Assembly (NCBI GenBank): GCA_029762535.1
Contig: JARVGK010000004.1
Span: 1 to 64,000, forward strand
Source of the DNA: Thermoplasmatota archaeon
GTDB taxonomy: Archaea > Thermoplasmatota > Penumbrarchaeia > Penumbrarchaeales > Penumbrarchaeaceae
DNA: 64,000 nucleotides
Direction of reading: 5' to 3'
Within the stretch, counting starts at the first letter, position 1, and every line of letters starts with the position of its first letter. Below are positions 37,565 through 46,936 of the stretch, piece by piece. A model generated the notes under the pieces. That model was not told the DNA's origin, searched no databases, and saw only the letters and a list, made by a program, of their open reading frames with translations. The position numbers were made by a program, and so were the translations under genes.

Positions 37565-38716
37565 TCACCTGTTATATAATTTTAAATATACGTTGTTTAG
37601 TAGGCTGCCCCTATCGTCCCTGAAGCTTTGAATGGTTCTCCAATCGGTTATGGACCCTTCGAACTCATCTCTGCTCATTCCAATTTGACATAGGAACCAA
37701 TCAAGGTTTGGCGGGTCCTTATTCTCATCGTTGTAGTTTTTCTCATACAGCATCGCTTCGTCCCTCTTCATCGATCCCAGTCGGATCAATGAACTGTTCT
37801 TGCATGTGGCATCCGATAATCCTTTTGCCTTTTTTGATTGAGCGTACGAGGCTATCTTGCTTGCCTTGCAGTCCATATGTTCTACCTGATCCGAAGGCTC
37901 TGTCCACCCCATCTCTTTCTTTATGGTACCGAGTATCTCATCGTAGGACGGCCCAAGATGATCGTATATGCTCACATGCCTCGGAGTGGTCGGATCGGGA
38001 ATCCTCAATAGAGCTGTTGAAAGATGTACGATCCTTTTCAGGTCCCATTTTACCGTGAACTGTTTCATGGCGTCGACATTGAACGATAACTTCTCATTCT
38101 CGACCACTCTTGAAAAGAAGGCTGCATCACCGTTTTGGAAGAGTTCCGGAACTCTGGCAAGATAAGAATATCTTGCTCCCGTACCTTTTATGATCAAGGG
38201 AACGTCGAACATATCAGCTCCCATCTTCGATACTATCTCGATCCCTCTCATGCATGGAGGACAGAACGTTCCGGTTTTTCTTAAGAAAAGGCCGTATAGT
38301 TCCATCATCTCCTTTGGATTCGGACCATAGATAAGATGATCCGATCCGGTTTTATTAATGGCATTTCTTATGTTCTGTTTTGCATGGTCAGAAAGTAGGC
38401 CGTTGTCAAAAGTTATGGATAGGCTTTTCATGCCGTATACCTTGTCTGCAAGATAGAGGCAATAAACGCTATCCTTTCCTCCGCTCAAAGGCACGACGCA
38501 ATCGTAAGGTCTCTTTTTCTTCTTAGCCCATAGAACAAGTTCATCGAGTTTTTTTTTTCTTTCTTCTTTCTCATTATCTAACTTTGTGAGCAGTTTCTCA
38601 TAATAATTGCAATTATTGCATACACCTCTATCGTCCAACTTTACGCTTGGAAGGGTTGTGGGCATCACACACTTGTGACATCTAATGAAATTTTTTTCTT
38701 TATTTGTATCAACCAT
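37565..38716 (-). CDS. N-acetyl-sugar amidotransferase (WbpG/PseA/WbuX family)
   Basis: CHKCVMP...GVCNNC, YDCVVPLSGGKDS, FCPPC, EMGW...HMDC, SLIRLG.M.RDEA; start moved to ATG 38716. Confidence 0.85.
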   Translation of the reverse strand: MVDTNKEKNFIRCHKCVMPTTLPSVKLDDRGVCNNCNYYEKLLTKLDNEKEERKKKLDELVLWAKKKKRPYDCVVPLSGGKDSVYCLYLADKVYGMKSLSITFDNGLLSDHAKQNIRNAINKTGSDHLIYGPNPKEMMELYGLFLRKTGTFCPPCMRGIEIVSKMGADMFDVPLIIKGTGARYSYLARVPELFQNGDAAFFSRVVENEKLSFNVDAMKQFTVKWDLKRIVHLSTALLRIPDPTTPRHVSIYDHLGPSYDEILGTIKKEMGWTEPSDQVEHMDCKASKIASYAQSKKAKGLSDATCKNSSLIRLGSMKRDEAMLYEKNYNDENKDPPNLDWFLCQIGMSRDEFEGSITDWRTIQSFRDDRGSLLNNVYLKLYNR

Positions 38717-38754
38717 TCCCCTGCCTCCTGATATAAAATGGTGATGAATTTGGA

Positions 38755-40032
38755 TCATAGGCTCCAGTAATGGATCCCCGTTCCGGAAAAATCTTTGCGG
38801 TCCAGGACATATTTCACATCTATCAGGACGCCGTTTTTGTTGCGGAACATCTTCTTGAATCCTTCTATCCCAAGATCCAGATATTCCTTATGCGGGACCG
38901 CCAGGATCACCGCGTCGGCTTTGGGAAGGTCCTCGAAACAAGTAAGGCCGAAACCGTACTCCTCGTTCGCATCCCTCTCTGAAGCGCAGGGGTCCGAGAT
39001 CGACACATCAACGCCGAATTCCAGAAGCTCCCTGACGATATCTACCACCCTGGAGTTCCTCACGTCCGGAACGTTCTCCTTGAATGTGATCCCCAGGACG
39101 TTCACCCTTGCCCCGTTCACGTTCTTTCCGGCCTTGATCAATTGTTTTATGGTCTGCTCCGCGACGTAGAAGCCCATGTCATCGTTGATCTTCCTGCCCG
39201 CAAGGATCACCTGGGGATGATAGCCCAGTTCCTGCGCCTTGTAGGTGAGATAATACGGGTCCACCCCGATGCAGTGGCCTCCGACGAGCCCCGGAGAGAA
39301 TTTCAGGAAGTTCCATTTCGTGCCGGCCGCCTTCAACACCTCTTTGGTATCTATCCCCATCCTCGAGAAGATGAGGGACAACTCGTTCATGAAAGCGATG
39401 TTGAGATCCCTCTGGGTGTTCTCTATGACCTTGGCCGCCTCAGCCACCCTGATAGAAGGTGCTCTGTAAACCCCCGCCTCTATGACGGATCCGTAAACCT
39501 CCGCTATGATCTCGAGGGTCTCATCGTCCTGTCCGGCGACTATCTTGAGGATCTTCTCAACGGTATGCTCCCGATCCCCGGGGTTGATCCTCTCCGGGGA
39601 GTATCCGAGCTTTAGATCGATGCCGGACCTAAGACCGCTGACCCTCTCCAAAATTGGTCCGCACACCTCTTCGGTAACGCCTGGATAGACCGTGCTTTCA
39701 AAGACGACGATCGATCCCTTACTGATGTTCCTTCCGACGATCTCCGAGGCCGCTATTACGGGTGTGAGGTCCGGAAGCTTGTTCCTGTTGATGGGCGTTG
39801 GAACGGCCACGATGAACATCTCATTGTCCCTGAGATCGGATTCGGATGATGTGAACGTGATACTGCTGCTTTTCACGGCCTCGTCGCCGATCTCGTTCGT
39901 CGGATCGACCCCTCTCTTGTAGAGATCTATCTTTTCCGGGCTGATGTCGAATCCTGTGACCTTGTGCTTTTTTGATAGAGCATAGGCCAGTGGTAGGCCT
40001 ACGTAACCCATTCCTATGACCGCAATATCCAT
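38755..40032 (-). CDS. UDP-N-acetyl-hexosamine 6-dehydrogenase (TviB/WbpO family)
   Basis: GMGYVGLP, ESTVYPGVTEEVC, GYSPERINPGD, AEAAKVIENTQRDLNIAFMNE, AAGTKWNF..FSPGLVGGHCIGVDPYYL. Confidence 0.9.
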   Translation of the reverse strand: MDIAVIGMGYVGLPLAYALSKKHKVTGFDISPEKIDLYKRGVDPTNEIGDEAVKSSSITFTSSESDLRDNEMFIVAVPTPINRNKLPDLTPVIAASEIVGRNISKGSIVVFESTVYPGVTEEVCGPILERVSGLRSGIDLKLGYSPERINPGDREHTVEKILKIVAGQDDETLEIIAEVYGSVIEAGVYRAPSIRVAEAAKVIENTQRDLNIAFMNELSLIFSRMGIDTKEVLKAAGTKWNFLKFSPGLVGGHCIGVDPYYLTYKAQELGYHPQVILAGRKINDDMGFYVAEQTIKQLIKAGKNVNGARVNVLGITFKENVPDVRNSRVVDIVRELLEFGVDVSISDPCASERDANEEYGFGLTCFEDLPKADAVILAVPHKEYLDLGIEGFKKMFRNKNGVLIDVKYVLDRKDFSGTGIHYWSL

Positions 40033-40070
40033 TCCTATACCTCTTGTATCAGATCGATAAAAATATGTTT

Positions 40071-40898
40071 CTACTCACCTGTAAGGGATGTACGATCGCC
40101 TCTTCCCCCAAGGACATCGATGATCCTCTTGCAAAGAAGAGGGGCCACCTCGGCTGAGAATTCCTTGTTGGGATGGGAATTGGTCGATGAGACGGCATAT
40201 TCGTCCTTGAGATATAGGGATCCCCCGGTCTCCAGGGAATAGAAGTCCCAGAGGAATATATTGTCCCCTTTCTCGTCCCAATCGTTCTTCACCCAGTTGA
40301 CGAACCCCTTCATCCTCTCGGCCTTTTCGGGTTCAGTGTTGTTCCTGACCAGTGCCGGACCGGTCCAGAGTATGAATTTCGTGTTCGGGAATTCGTGCAT
40401 CTTCACCTTCAGCGCCTCGTACTGCAGCTTGTAGTTCTCGATGCTCTTGACGGAGGATGATACATCCCCCTTTCCCGTATCCTCCTCTATTTTCGCCACC
40501 GGGAAGCAGTGCTTGAATACGACAACATCATAATTATCGACTATCATCTCAAGGGTCGGCTCTCTCATGTATGCTTTATCGCCCGCGTTCTTGACCCATA
40601 TGTTCCAGTAGTCATATGGATAGTTGTTCCAGCCGTAGGGATCCCTCTTTGGAAAGGATTGCTCGATGATGTTCAGGTTACTGTCATGATCCCTGATCCC
40701 TTCTACTACACCGCCCTCCCAGATATTTCGCCCTGTGCTGTGATGGAGATAGAGTATGTTGATATCGCCTCCGCCCGGATCCTTCAGGACCGGTTCCGAT
40801 CTGGATAGTTTGTTTATGAGGAACCTAAGACCCAGAACGGTGGATAGTAGTATGATGAGGGAAAGGAATGCTATGGGTATGATATGTCTTCTCTTCAT
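40071..40898 (-). CDS. N-terminally anchored HHSTG (SGNH-like) domain protein
   Basis: N-terminal TM; YLHHSTG, FKHCFP, WVKNDW, DFY, NSHPN; clear paralogue of the head of 8708..14515; start ATG 40898 with GGAGG SD. Confidence 0.7.
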   Translation of the reverse strand: MKRRHIIPIAFLSLIILLSTVLGLRFLINKLSRSEPVLKDPGGGDINILYLHHSTGRNIWEGGVVEGIRDHDSNLNIIEQSFPKRDPYGWNNYPYDYWNIWVKNAGDKAYMREPTLEMIVDNYDVVVFKHCFPVAKIEEDTGKGDVSSSVKSIENYKLQYEALKVKMHEFPNTKFILWTGPALVRNNTEPEKAERMKGFVNWVKNDWDEKGDNIFLWDFYSLETGGSLYLKDEYAVSSTNSHPNKEFSAEVAPLLCKRIIDVLGGRGDRTSLTGE

Positions 40899-41301
40899 CG
40901 GGAGATCCTCCAAATATCTGGCGCTTTCGCTGGGACCGACAGGCTTTCTTCACCGGATCCTTCATGGGGATCCTCCGTTCACACGGTCGGTCGGTCGCAT
41001 ATCTGGGTGTTATTTTTTTTCGGTCTAGGCTCCTGAAGCCCCGCCAGTTGGCGGAGATGTTTTTGATTACTTAAACGATTCTACAAGGTAACGACCATAC
41101 AAGAATAATGGGCCCGATCTCGGATCCATGCCTTGATGAGGATAGAGGGTCCGTAGCGTGTATTTTTATCTACGACGATGTATCGATGAGAGATATTACC
41201 GTCAAACCGTACTTATTAAAATTCATAATGGGTTTTATTGTTGTTCCATAAGGATTTTTTTAAAAGAAGTATTATTATCAACCTTTGTTTTAATCACCTC
41301 C

Positions 41302-42051
41302 ATGGTCCGGGGCATCCTCAGGAGGATGATCACTGTTTTCAAGGATCGGGGGATCCTCCCCGGCATAAAGCATGTTCTTAGAACTATTTTCAGGATATTC
41401 ACTAGGATGCTATGGGACAGAAACGATCTTGATTTCTATCTCACTATTATACCAAACGATATCAGAATCGGAAATGACCCTGATCAGATCGAATTAAAGG
41501 AGATAACGAGGGATCAGATAGAAGGATATCCGGATTATTTCGATGGATGGTTCGATAGGGATAAAGCGATACGTTTTCATGATGAAGGCGATGTTTTACT
41601 TGGATTGTGGGATAGTGATAGGATAATATTCTTCCAATGGTTAGGGTTGAAAAGGATCAGGTTCCTCCGCCTCGGACTTGAGATCAGACCTCCTGTAGGA
41701 TACTGCTCTATGGCATGCATGTACACCCCTCCTGAAAGAAGGGGACAAGGAATAGCTACCATGGCAAAGCCCAAGGTGATTGATTATCTCAGGGATAGAT
41801 CGTTCAAATACATCATCGGGTTGATATCTCCCAAGAACAGGACGTCGAGGAATATCAACGAGCGCATCGGAGGGATCCCATATCAGAATGTTAGATATCA
41901 CAGAGTTCTCTTCTTGAAGATATATCGTCTGAGAAGCTTTTCGGATGATAAAAAGGCCACGTTCTTTAAGCTCGGTAAAAGGGACGAAAGGATATGGAAG
42001 TATTTCCTTTCGGATATGAGAATATTGCAGCAGACGGTTGATTCTACATGA
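41302..42051 (+). CDS. GNAT-family acyltransferase
   Basis: YTPPERRGQGIA (motif A R.G.G.A), N..S...NERIG; start moved from 41158 to ATG 41302. Confidence 0.7.
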   Translation: MVRGILRRMITVFKDRGILPGIKHVLRTIFRIFTRMLWDRNDLDFYLTIIPNDIRIGNDPDQIELKEITRDQIEGYPDYFDGWFDRDKAIRFHDEGDVLLGLWDSDRIIFFQWLGLKRIRFLRLGLEIRPPVGYCSMACMYTPPERRGQGIATMAKPKVIDYLRDRSFKYIIGLISPKNRTSRNINERIGGIPYQNVRYHRVLFLKIYRLRSFSDDKKATFFKLGKRDERIWKYFLSDMRILQQTVDST

Positions 42052-43142
42052 AGAAAATAATAATTAATCGGTTGGGCAGGTTCGCGTCAAATTACCGTAA
42101 GGTCCGCCATTTCAGAAAGAAGATAAAGGAGATAGACTCAAGGCTCGATAGATTGGGGGTTCCGAAACTTGATAGAGGATCGATCAGAAGGATCGATGAA
42201 TTCTGGAGTGGCTATGGCCTGAAAACAATACCTCACTGGCACAGGATGATGACCTGGGGTTGGGGGAGGTTCGAGCTCGGCTTCGTTCCTGAGGATATCT
42301 ACTATCCTTATCTTGAGAAGAGTGGGAACTACGATTTCCTTACAAAGGCATATGTTGATAAGAACAATTACGACAGGATATTCGGAAAAAGAGCGATCCC
42401 GGAAACGATAGTTCACAATGAGAACGGTCACTACTCTGATGAGGACCATGAGGATATGACCTTCGAGCAGGCCGTCCGTAGAATATCACAAGAGGAGGGT
42501 GAGATAGTCATCAAACCATCTCTCGCATCAGGCGGCGGCAGGAGGATTTTCATTGGAAAGGTGATGGGAAAGGAATTTGTAACAGATAAGCAGAGAGTGA
42601 ATATAGCATCATTCCTGAAGGATCACGGACCAGATTTCATAGTACAGAGGTTCATCGATCAGCATCATAGGATCGCTTGCTTTCACCCGGGAAGCGTCAA
42701 CACCATAAGGGTGATGACCGCAAGGACCAATAACAGTATAGAACACCTATCTATGATTTTACGTGTTGGATTAGGTTTCAGTAGAAATGATAATATGACA
42801 ACAGGTGGATTAGCTATTGGAATAGACATAAGTGGAAAGATGAGAAAAAGATCCTTTGATGATTTTTTTAGGAGGTATGATAGACATCCTGATACAAATA
42901 TCACATTCAATGGATATCCCATCCCTTGCTATGATAAGGTTCTGGAATTTACCTCTCATTTACATCGAAAGTTAAGGTATTTCCAGTTCGCGTCGTGGGA
43001 TGTGGCGTTCGATAAAAAAAGAGGACCGATCATGGTCGAAGTTAACCTTTACGGACAGGAAATCATCACACATCAGATCCTCAACGGTCCACTATTTGGA
43101 TCCGATCCGAGCCGAATACTGGACGAATGCCTCAGGAAATAG
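42048..43142 (+). CDS. Sugar-transfer-associated ATP-grasp ligase (ATPgrasp_ST-like)
   Basis: DKNNY, VIKPS..SGGG, VQRFIDQH...HPGSVNTIRVMT, DN...GG, HPDT...F....IP, SWDVA...EVN. Confidence 0.85.
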   Translation: MKKIIINRLGRFASNYRKVRHFRKKIKEIDSRLDRLGVPKLDRGSIRRIDEFWSGYGLKTIPHWHRMMTWGWGRFELGFVPEDIYYPYLEKSGNYDFLTKAYVDKNNYDRIFGKRAIPETIVHNENGHYSDEDHEDMTFEQAVRRISQEEGEIVIKPSLASGGGRRIFIGKVMGKEFVTDKQRVNIASFLKDHGPDFIVQRFIDQHHRIACFHPGSVNTIRVMTARTNNSIEHLSMILRVGLGFSRNDNMTTGGLAIGIDISGKMRKRSFDDFFRRYDRHPDTNITFNGYPIPCYDKVLEFTSHLHRKLRYFQFASWDVAFDKKRGPIMVEVNLYGQEIITHQILNGPLFGSDPSRILDECLRK

Positions 43143-44424
43143 ACTTTTTCCCTTTCCCTTTTAATAACCGGCTCCATGTCAACCAGATAGAAAGGCCGAG
43201 ATATATCGAATATACCATCAGGGTCGAATATGCGATCCCGATAAGCCCGAAATATTTCAAGAAGATGATGTTCAATCCTATGTTCAATACGGGAGGGACC
43301 CAGCTGATCTTCAGAAGCGACATCTCGTTGTCGCTCGCCTGCAGGAAAAGCCCGAATGGCAAGGTCATGAACCCGATGGCCTGGTAGAAAACAAGCACCT
43401 GGAATATGGCCTTGGATTCCTGATAGTCGGGAAAGAGCACATCTATCAAAGGTCCTGAGATTATTGCGAGAAAGAAAGCTCCGGCAAGTGCTATCGATCC
43501 GAAACCGCCTGCCATTATCGCCAACTCCTTGGCACCTGGCCTTTGCTCTTTGAAGAGTTTAACGATGAGGGGAAAAAAAGAGATCGCTATGAGATTCTTC
43601 AGAACGGATAGCGGATCGACCAATCTCTCGACCACCGCGTAGATCCCCACGTCCGACACCGGGCGCAATAGAGATATCATCAATACATCGATGCGGGTAC
43701 CAACAAAACCGCAAAAAAGCAGTATGGAAAAAATTATTGTGGGTTTCATGAGTTTCCAATCCCAAATGAACTTGAACGTCAATTTGTATCCTGCGATCTT
43801 TCTTGTGACGATATAGGTAATGAAAAGGATACTAAGGTTTATCACGACCAGAGCCACGGCGATATGGATAACACCCAACCCCAATACCAGTAAAGAGATG
43901 GTGATGACCACGAATGCGAATTTATTGATTATCTGAAATATCGCTATGAAATACATTCTGTTCGTTATCATGAATATTGATGTGAGATAGCTCTCGAATC
44001 CGTAATAGAAGAGGTCCGGTATGATAATAAGGACTATGATCTTCAATTCAAGGGAGTATGGTGTGAATAGCAGCAGGAAAAGCGCGACCATGATGGCGAT
44101 CAAAACGAAAGCGGTCTTTACCCCGAAGGTCCTCTCAAGAAGGGAGCCGATCTTTTTCGGGTCCCTTGACCCCGAACGTATCAACACTTTGGACATCTGT
44201 GATAATGTAAGTAGGCTGAAGATCGAAACGTAGGAGATCGCGGCGCTGAGTTTGCCATAGTCCTCCTTCCCGAGCATATTGGCTATGAATAGAAAACCTA
44301 TGGTCGAGATCACGATCGATATGATATTTCCGAGTGTGAGAAAAGAGAGATTCTTTAGGCCCTGGATAAGTGTGCGCATCAAGGATATCTTATTATGATC
44401 TTGGTTTGATTGCGTGATGATCAC
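43132..44424 (-). CDS. Wzx/MATE-like oligosaccharide flippase (second copy)
   Basis: LGKEDYG, RIDVLMI...VGIYAV, NIGLNII...FGLIGIAYST. Confidence 0.9.
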   Translation of the reverse strand: MIITQSNQDHNKISLMRTLIQGLKNLSFLTLGNIISIVISTIGFLFIANMLGKEDYGKLSAAISYVSIFSLLTLSQMSKVLIRSGSRDPKKIGSLLERTFGVKTAFVLIAIMVALFLLLFTPYSLELKIIVLIIIPDLFYYGFESYLTSIFMITNRMYFIAIFQIINKFAFVVITISLLVLGLGVIHIAVALVVINLSILFITYIVTRKIAGYKLTFKFIWDWKLMKPTIIFSILLFCGFVGTRIDVLMISLLRPVSDVGIYAVVERLVDPLSVLKNLIAISFFPLIVKLFKEQRPGAKELAIMAGGFGSIALAGAFFLAIISGPLIDVLFPDYQESKAIFQVLVFYQAIGFMTLPFGLFLQASDNEMSLLKISWVPPVLNIGLNIIFLKYFGLIGIAYSTLMVYSIYLGLSIWLTWSRLLKGKGKKSIS

Positions 44425-45614
44425 CTTGATCGCATGGTTCTTTTCTTTCTTTGCATCTCTTTTTTAAAGATCATTTCATATTTCAAAACATTCTTTTTTG
44501 GATCATAACTTTCAATAACATGCTTTCTTGCTCTTTCCCCAATCTCTTGTGCGAATGATGGATCGTCGAGCAATCTCTCCACTGCATCGGCAAAGGCTAC
44601 CGGATCGTTCCTTGACAGCAATCCCGTTTTTTCATGGAGGATATATTCATCGATACCACCGACATCGGAAGCAACGATTGCCCTCTCGAGCAACATCGCA
44701 TCGAGAATGGCCTTGCTGACACCTTCCCATTCCGATGCATGCACATAGATAGAGCCTTTTGATGTCTCCTCCCGTGCATCCTCCATGGATAGGAATCCGG
44801 TGAAGATCACCTTTCCATCAAGTCCCAGCTCACTTGTGAGCTTTTGAAGATATTCTCGATTGGGGCCATCCCCAACGAGTACAAGTTCCAGGTCCCTCCC
44901 CCTTTTAATCAACAGATCAAGAGCTTTGATGAGGATTTCCTGACTTTTTTGATAGTTCTTTAACGAACCAACGCTCACTAACCTTCCACTTACGCTTTTG
45001 ACCTTCTTCTTTTCGATGATCTCCTGCCCTATCTCCTGCACTATTGTCCTTGGTTCATAGCCCATTGTTTTTATATGGAATAGTTTGAACTCCTCCGCAA
45101 GATGATCGCAGTTGGATATGAATAGGTCGGTCTCTCTTAATGAGGTCCTCATGCTGTCAAGGTCATTACCCGGGGTCTCCCCGATCCGTTCCCAGAACTT
45201 GCCGCCGATCCTCTGAATTCGGATAACGGGCCTACCTTTTGTCTGTTTTGCGATGCAGTACCCTGCAGGATGTGGGGTGTAGGTGATCATGATATCGAAC
45301 GAATGTCGTTTCATTAAACTGGATATCTTTGAACGAAGCGACCATTTCTGGATCACATCGTTCAGGATTATGATCCTTTTCATGATCCTGTGCAGCAGCG
45401 GAATGTAAGGCATCCAAACTCGATGCACGGATATTCCCGATACAATATCGACTCCACTTCTCAATCTTCCCTTTGTTATATAATGGACGTTATGACCTGA
45501 ACGCGCCAATTGCGATCCCAAAAGTCTCATTGACCATTCCGCCCCCCCGATGGACCTGTTCTCTTCATCGAAAGGGGAGTTGATCGAGATCATGAGGATC
45601 TTCATTTCAGGCAC
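44421..45614 (-). CDS. GT4 glycosyltransferase
   Basis: IGGAE, VGDGPNR, SEWEGVSKAILDAM, ASDVGGI. Confidence 0.9.
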   Translation of the reverse strand: MPEMKILMISINSPFDEENRSIGGAEWSMRLLGSQLARSGHNVHYITKGRLRSGVDIVSGISVHRVWMPYIPLLHRIMKRIIILNDVIQKWSLRSKISSLMKRHSFDIMITYTPHPAGYCIAKQTKGRPVIRIQRIGGKFWERIGETPGNDLDSMRTSLRETDLFISNCDHLAEEFKLFHIKTMGYEPRTIVQEIGQEIIEKKKVKSVSGRLVSVGSLKNYQKSQEILIKALDLLIKRGRDLELVLVGDGPNREYLQKLTSELGLDGKVIFTGFLSMEDAREETSKGSIYVHASEWEGVSKAILDAMLLERAIVASDVGGIDEYILHEKTGLLSRNDPVAFADAVERLLDDPSFAQEIGERARKHVIESYDPKKNVLKYEMIFKKEMQRKKRTMRSR

Positions 45615-46765
45615 CTTCGGATTATCGTATTCTCCGTTCCATGAACATTACGATCGCTTAGGATCTCACAAAGGGTCAATTCCTGTATCCAATGGTTGGC
45701 CTTGATGAAAGAAAACTCTGCACATACTTTCTGATAATAACCTGAAAAGCCGTCTATCTCCAGCTCTATACCATCATCGACCCTGAAAAAACACGACACC
45801 TCGTTCACCAAAAAACCCCTTTTCCGATCCTTTATCAGGTCAACTGCGATTATTCGTTTATCCAGTGCGTCTCGTGTCCTTTCTGCAATGCGAAGCGCTT
45901 CCTCCGGTATGGGACCATGAACCATATTCCCCGCACCAGAAGCCCTAAAATCACCTTCTTTCGGATACCTTCTGTAACCGAAGAACTTGTCCTTGAGTAC
46001 GATAACCCTCAGATCGTAAAGGGAATCTTTTATGAACTCTTGAAAATATACATATCCAATTTGTTTTTGGTGTGGCCAGTAAGTGTTTCTTCCTCCATTG
46101 AAAACCTCATCGACGAAACTTAGGGCCTCTTTCCTTGACCTGAGAAGTTCTACCCCTTTTGATCCCGATCCTGTTCTTATCTTTGTCACGATCGGATAAT
46201 TGCATTTTTTCAGATATTCTTTTATTTCCTCAAGATCGTATGAAATGAAGGTTTCTGGTGTAGGTATTTCCTTCATTGAAAGCAGATAAGATGCCTTGAC
46301 CTTATCCTCATTGGACCAAATCTCATTCAAAGAGGGGAAACAATCCTTGCCCTTATACACCTCCAAAGCAAAGATCTTCTCTCTGGCCTCGTCCATGGAG
46401 ATCGGATCGCTGTTCACTCTCCATATGATCATATCAAATCTATTGGATTCCTTCAACCAATCGGATGTATGTATGTTGTAGATTTCGTATGGGATCGAAT
46501 TGTTCTTCAGAAACCTCTCATATTTGGGCCAGTATGCCGTGTAAGGAACGGTCTTTTCTCTGGGAAAATCCTTTACCAATCCGATCTTTGGTCTTTTCCA
46601 TCCGTCGGGCCATTCCATGATCACAGGGTCCATCCTATCAAGCAATCTTTTATCATCACCTGAGAGTAGATCCATGTTGGAACGTCCCATTTTCTTTCTT
46701 AAAAACTTAAAAAACTGGAACCTCAATAGCGCTCTCTTGATGCGCTTTGATGAGATACCGATCAT
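45602..46765 (-). CDS. RimK-like ATP-grasp ligase
   Basis: EDKV, IPTPETF, YPIVTK...GSGSKGV, YFQEFI...YDLRV, GDFRASGAG, AVDL, NEVS. Confidence 0.85.
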   Translation of the reverse strand: MIGISSKRIKRALLRFQFFKFLRKKMGRSNMDLLSGDDKRLLDRMDPVIMEWPDGWKRPKIGLVKDFPREKTVPYTAYWPKYERFLKNNSIPYEIYNIHTSDWLKESNRFDMIIWRVNSDPISMDEAREKIFALEVYKGKDCFPSLNEIWSNEDKVKASYLLSMKEIPTPETFISYDLEEIKEYLKKCNYPIVTKIRTGSGSKGVELLRSRKEALSFVDEVFNGGRNTYWPHQKQIGYVYFQEFIKDSLYDLRVIVLKDKFFGYRRYPKEGDFRASGAGNMVHGPIPEEALRIAERTRDALDKRIIAVDLIKDRKRGFLVNEVSCFFRVDDGIELEIDGFSGYYQKVCAEFSFIKANHWIQELTLCEILSDRNVHGTENTIIRRCLK

Positions 46766-46882
46766 GTATGGGTAAATGAATCTTGATATAAACCTTATTC
46801 GAAAAAATCATTTTTTACATAATTTATATCAAAGGATCCATTAAGGAAAAACAAATGGCTGTCAAATAGGTTGAATATGTAT

Positions 46883-46910
46883 AAAAAAAAAGGCGCGGAT
46901 CTACCGCGCC
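46883..46910 (-). terminator. GC-rich hairpin plus U9 tract terminating the 46937..48166 gene
   Basis: GGCGCGG-N5-CCGCGCC (46892-46910) with A9 at 46883-46891, i.e. T9 after the stem on the minus strand. Confidence 0.7.
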
Positions 46911-46936
46911 CGTGAATTATTTATGATCTATTGAGT

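Noticed and set aside
40930-41065. Short hairpins (GACCGAC/GTCGGTC, CCGCCA/TGGCGG) upstream of the HHSTG gene as a riboswitch
   Set aside because: Stems are short and match no aptamer consensus I recognise
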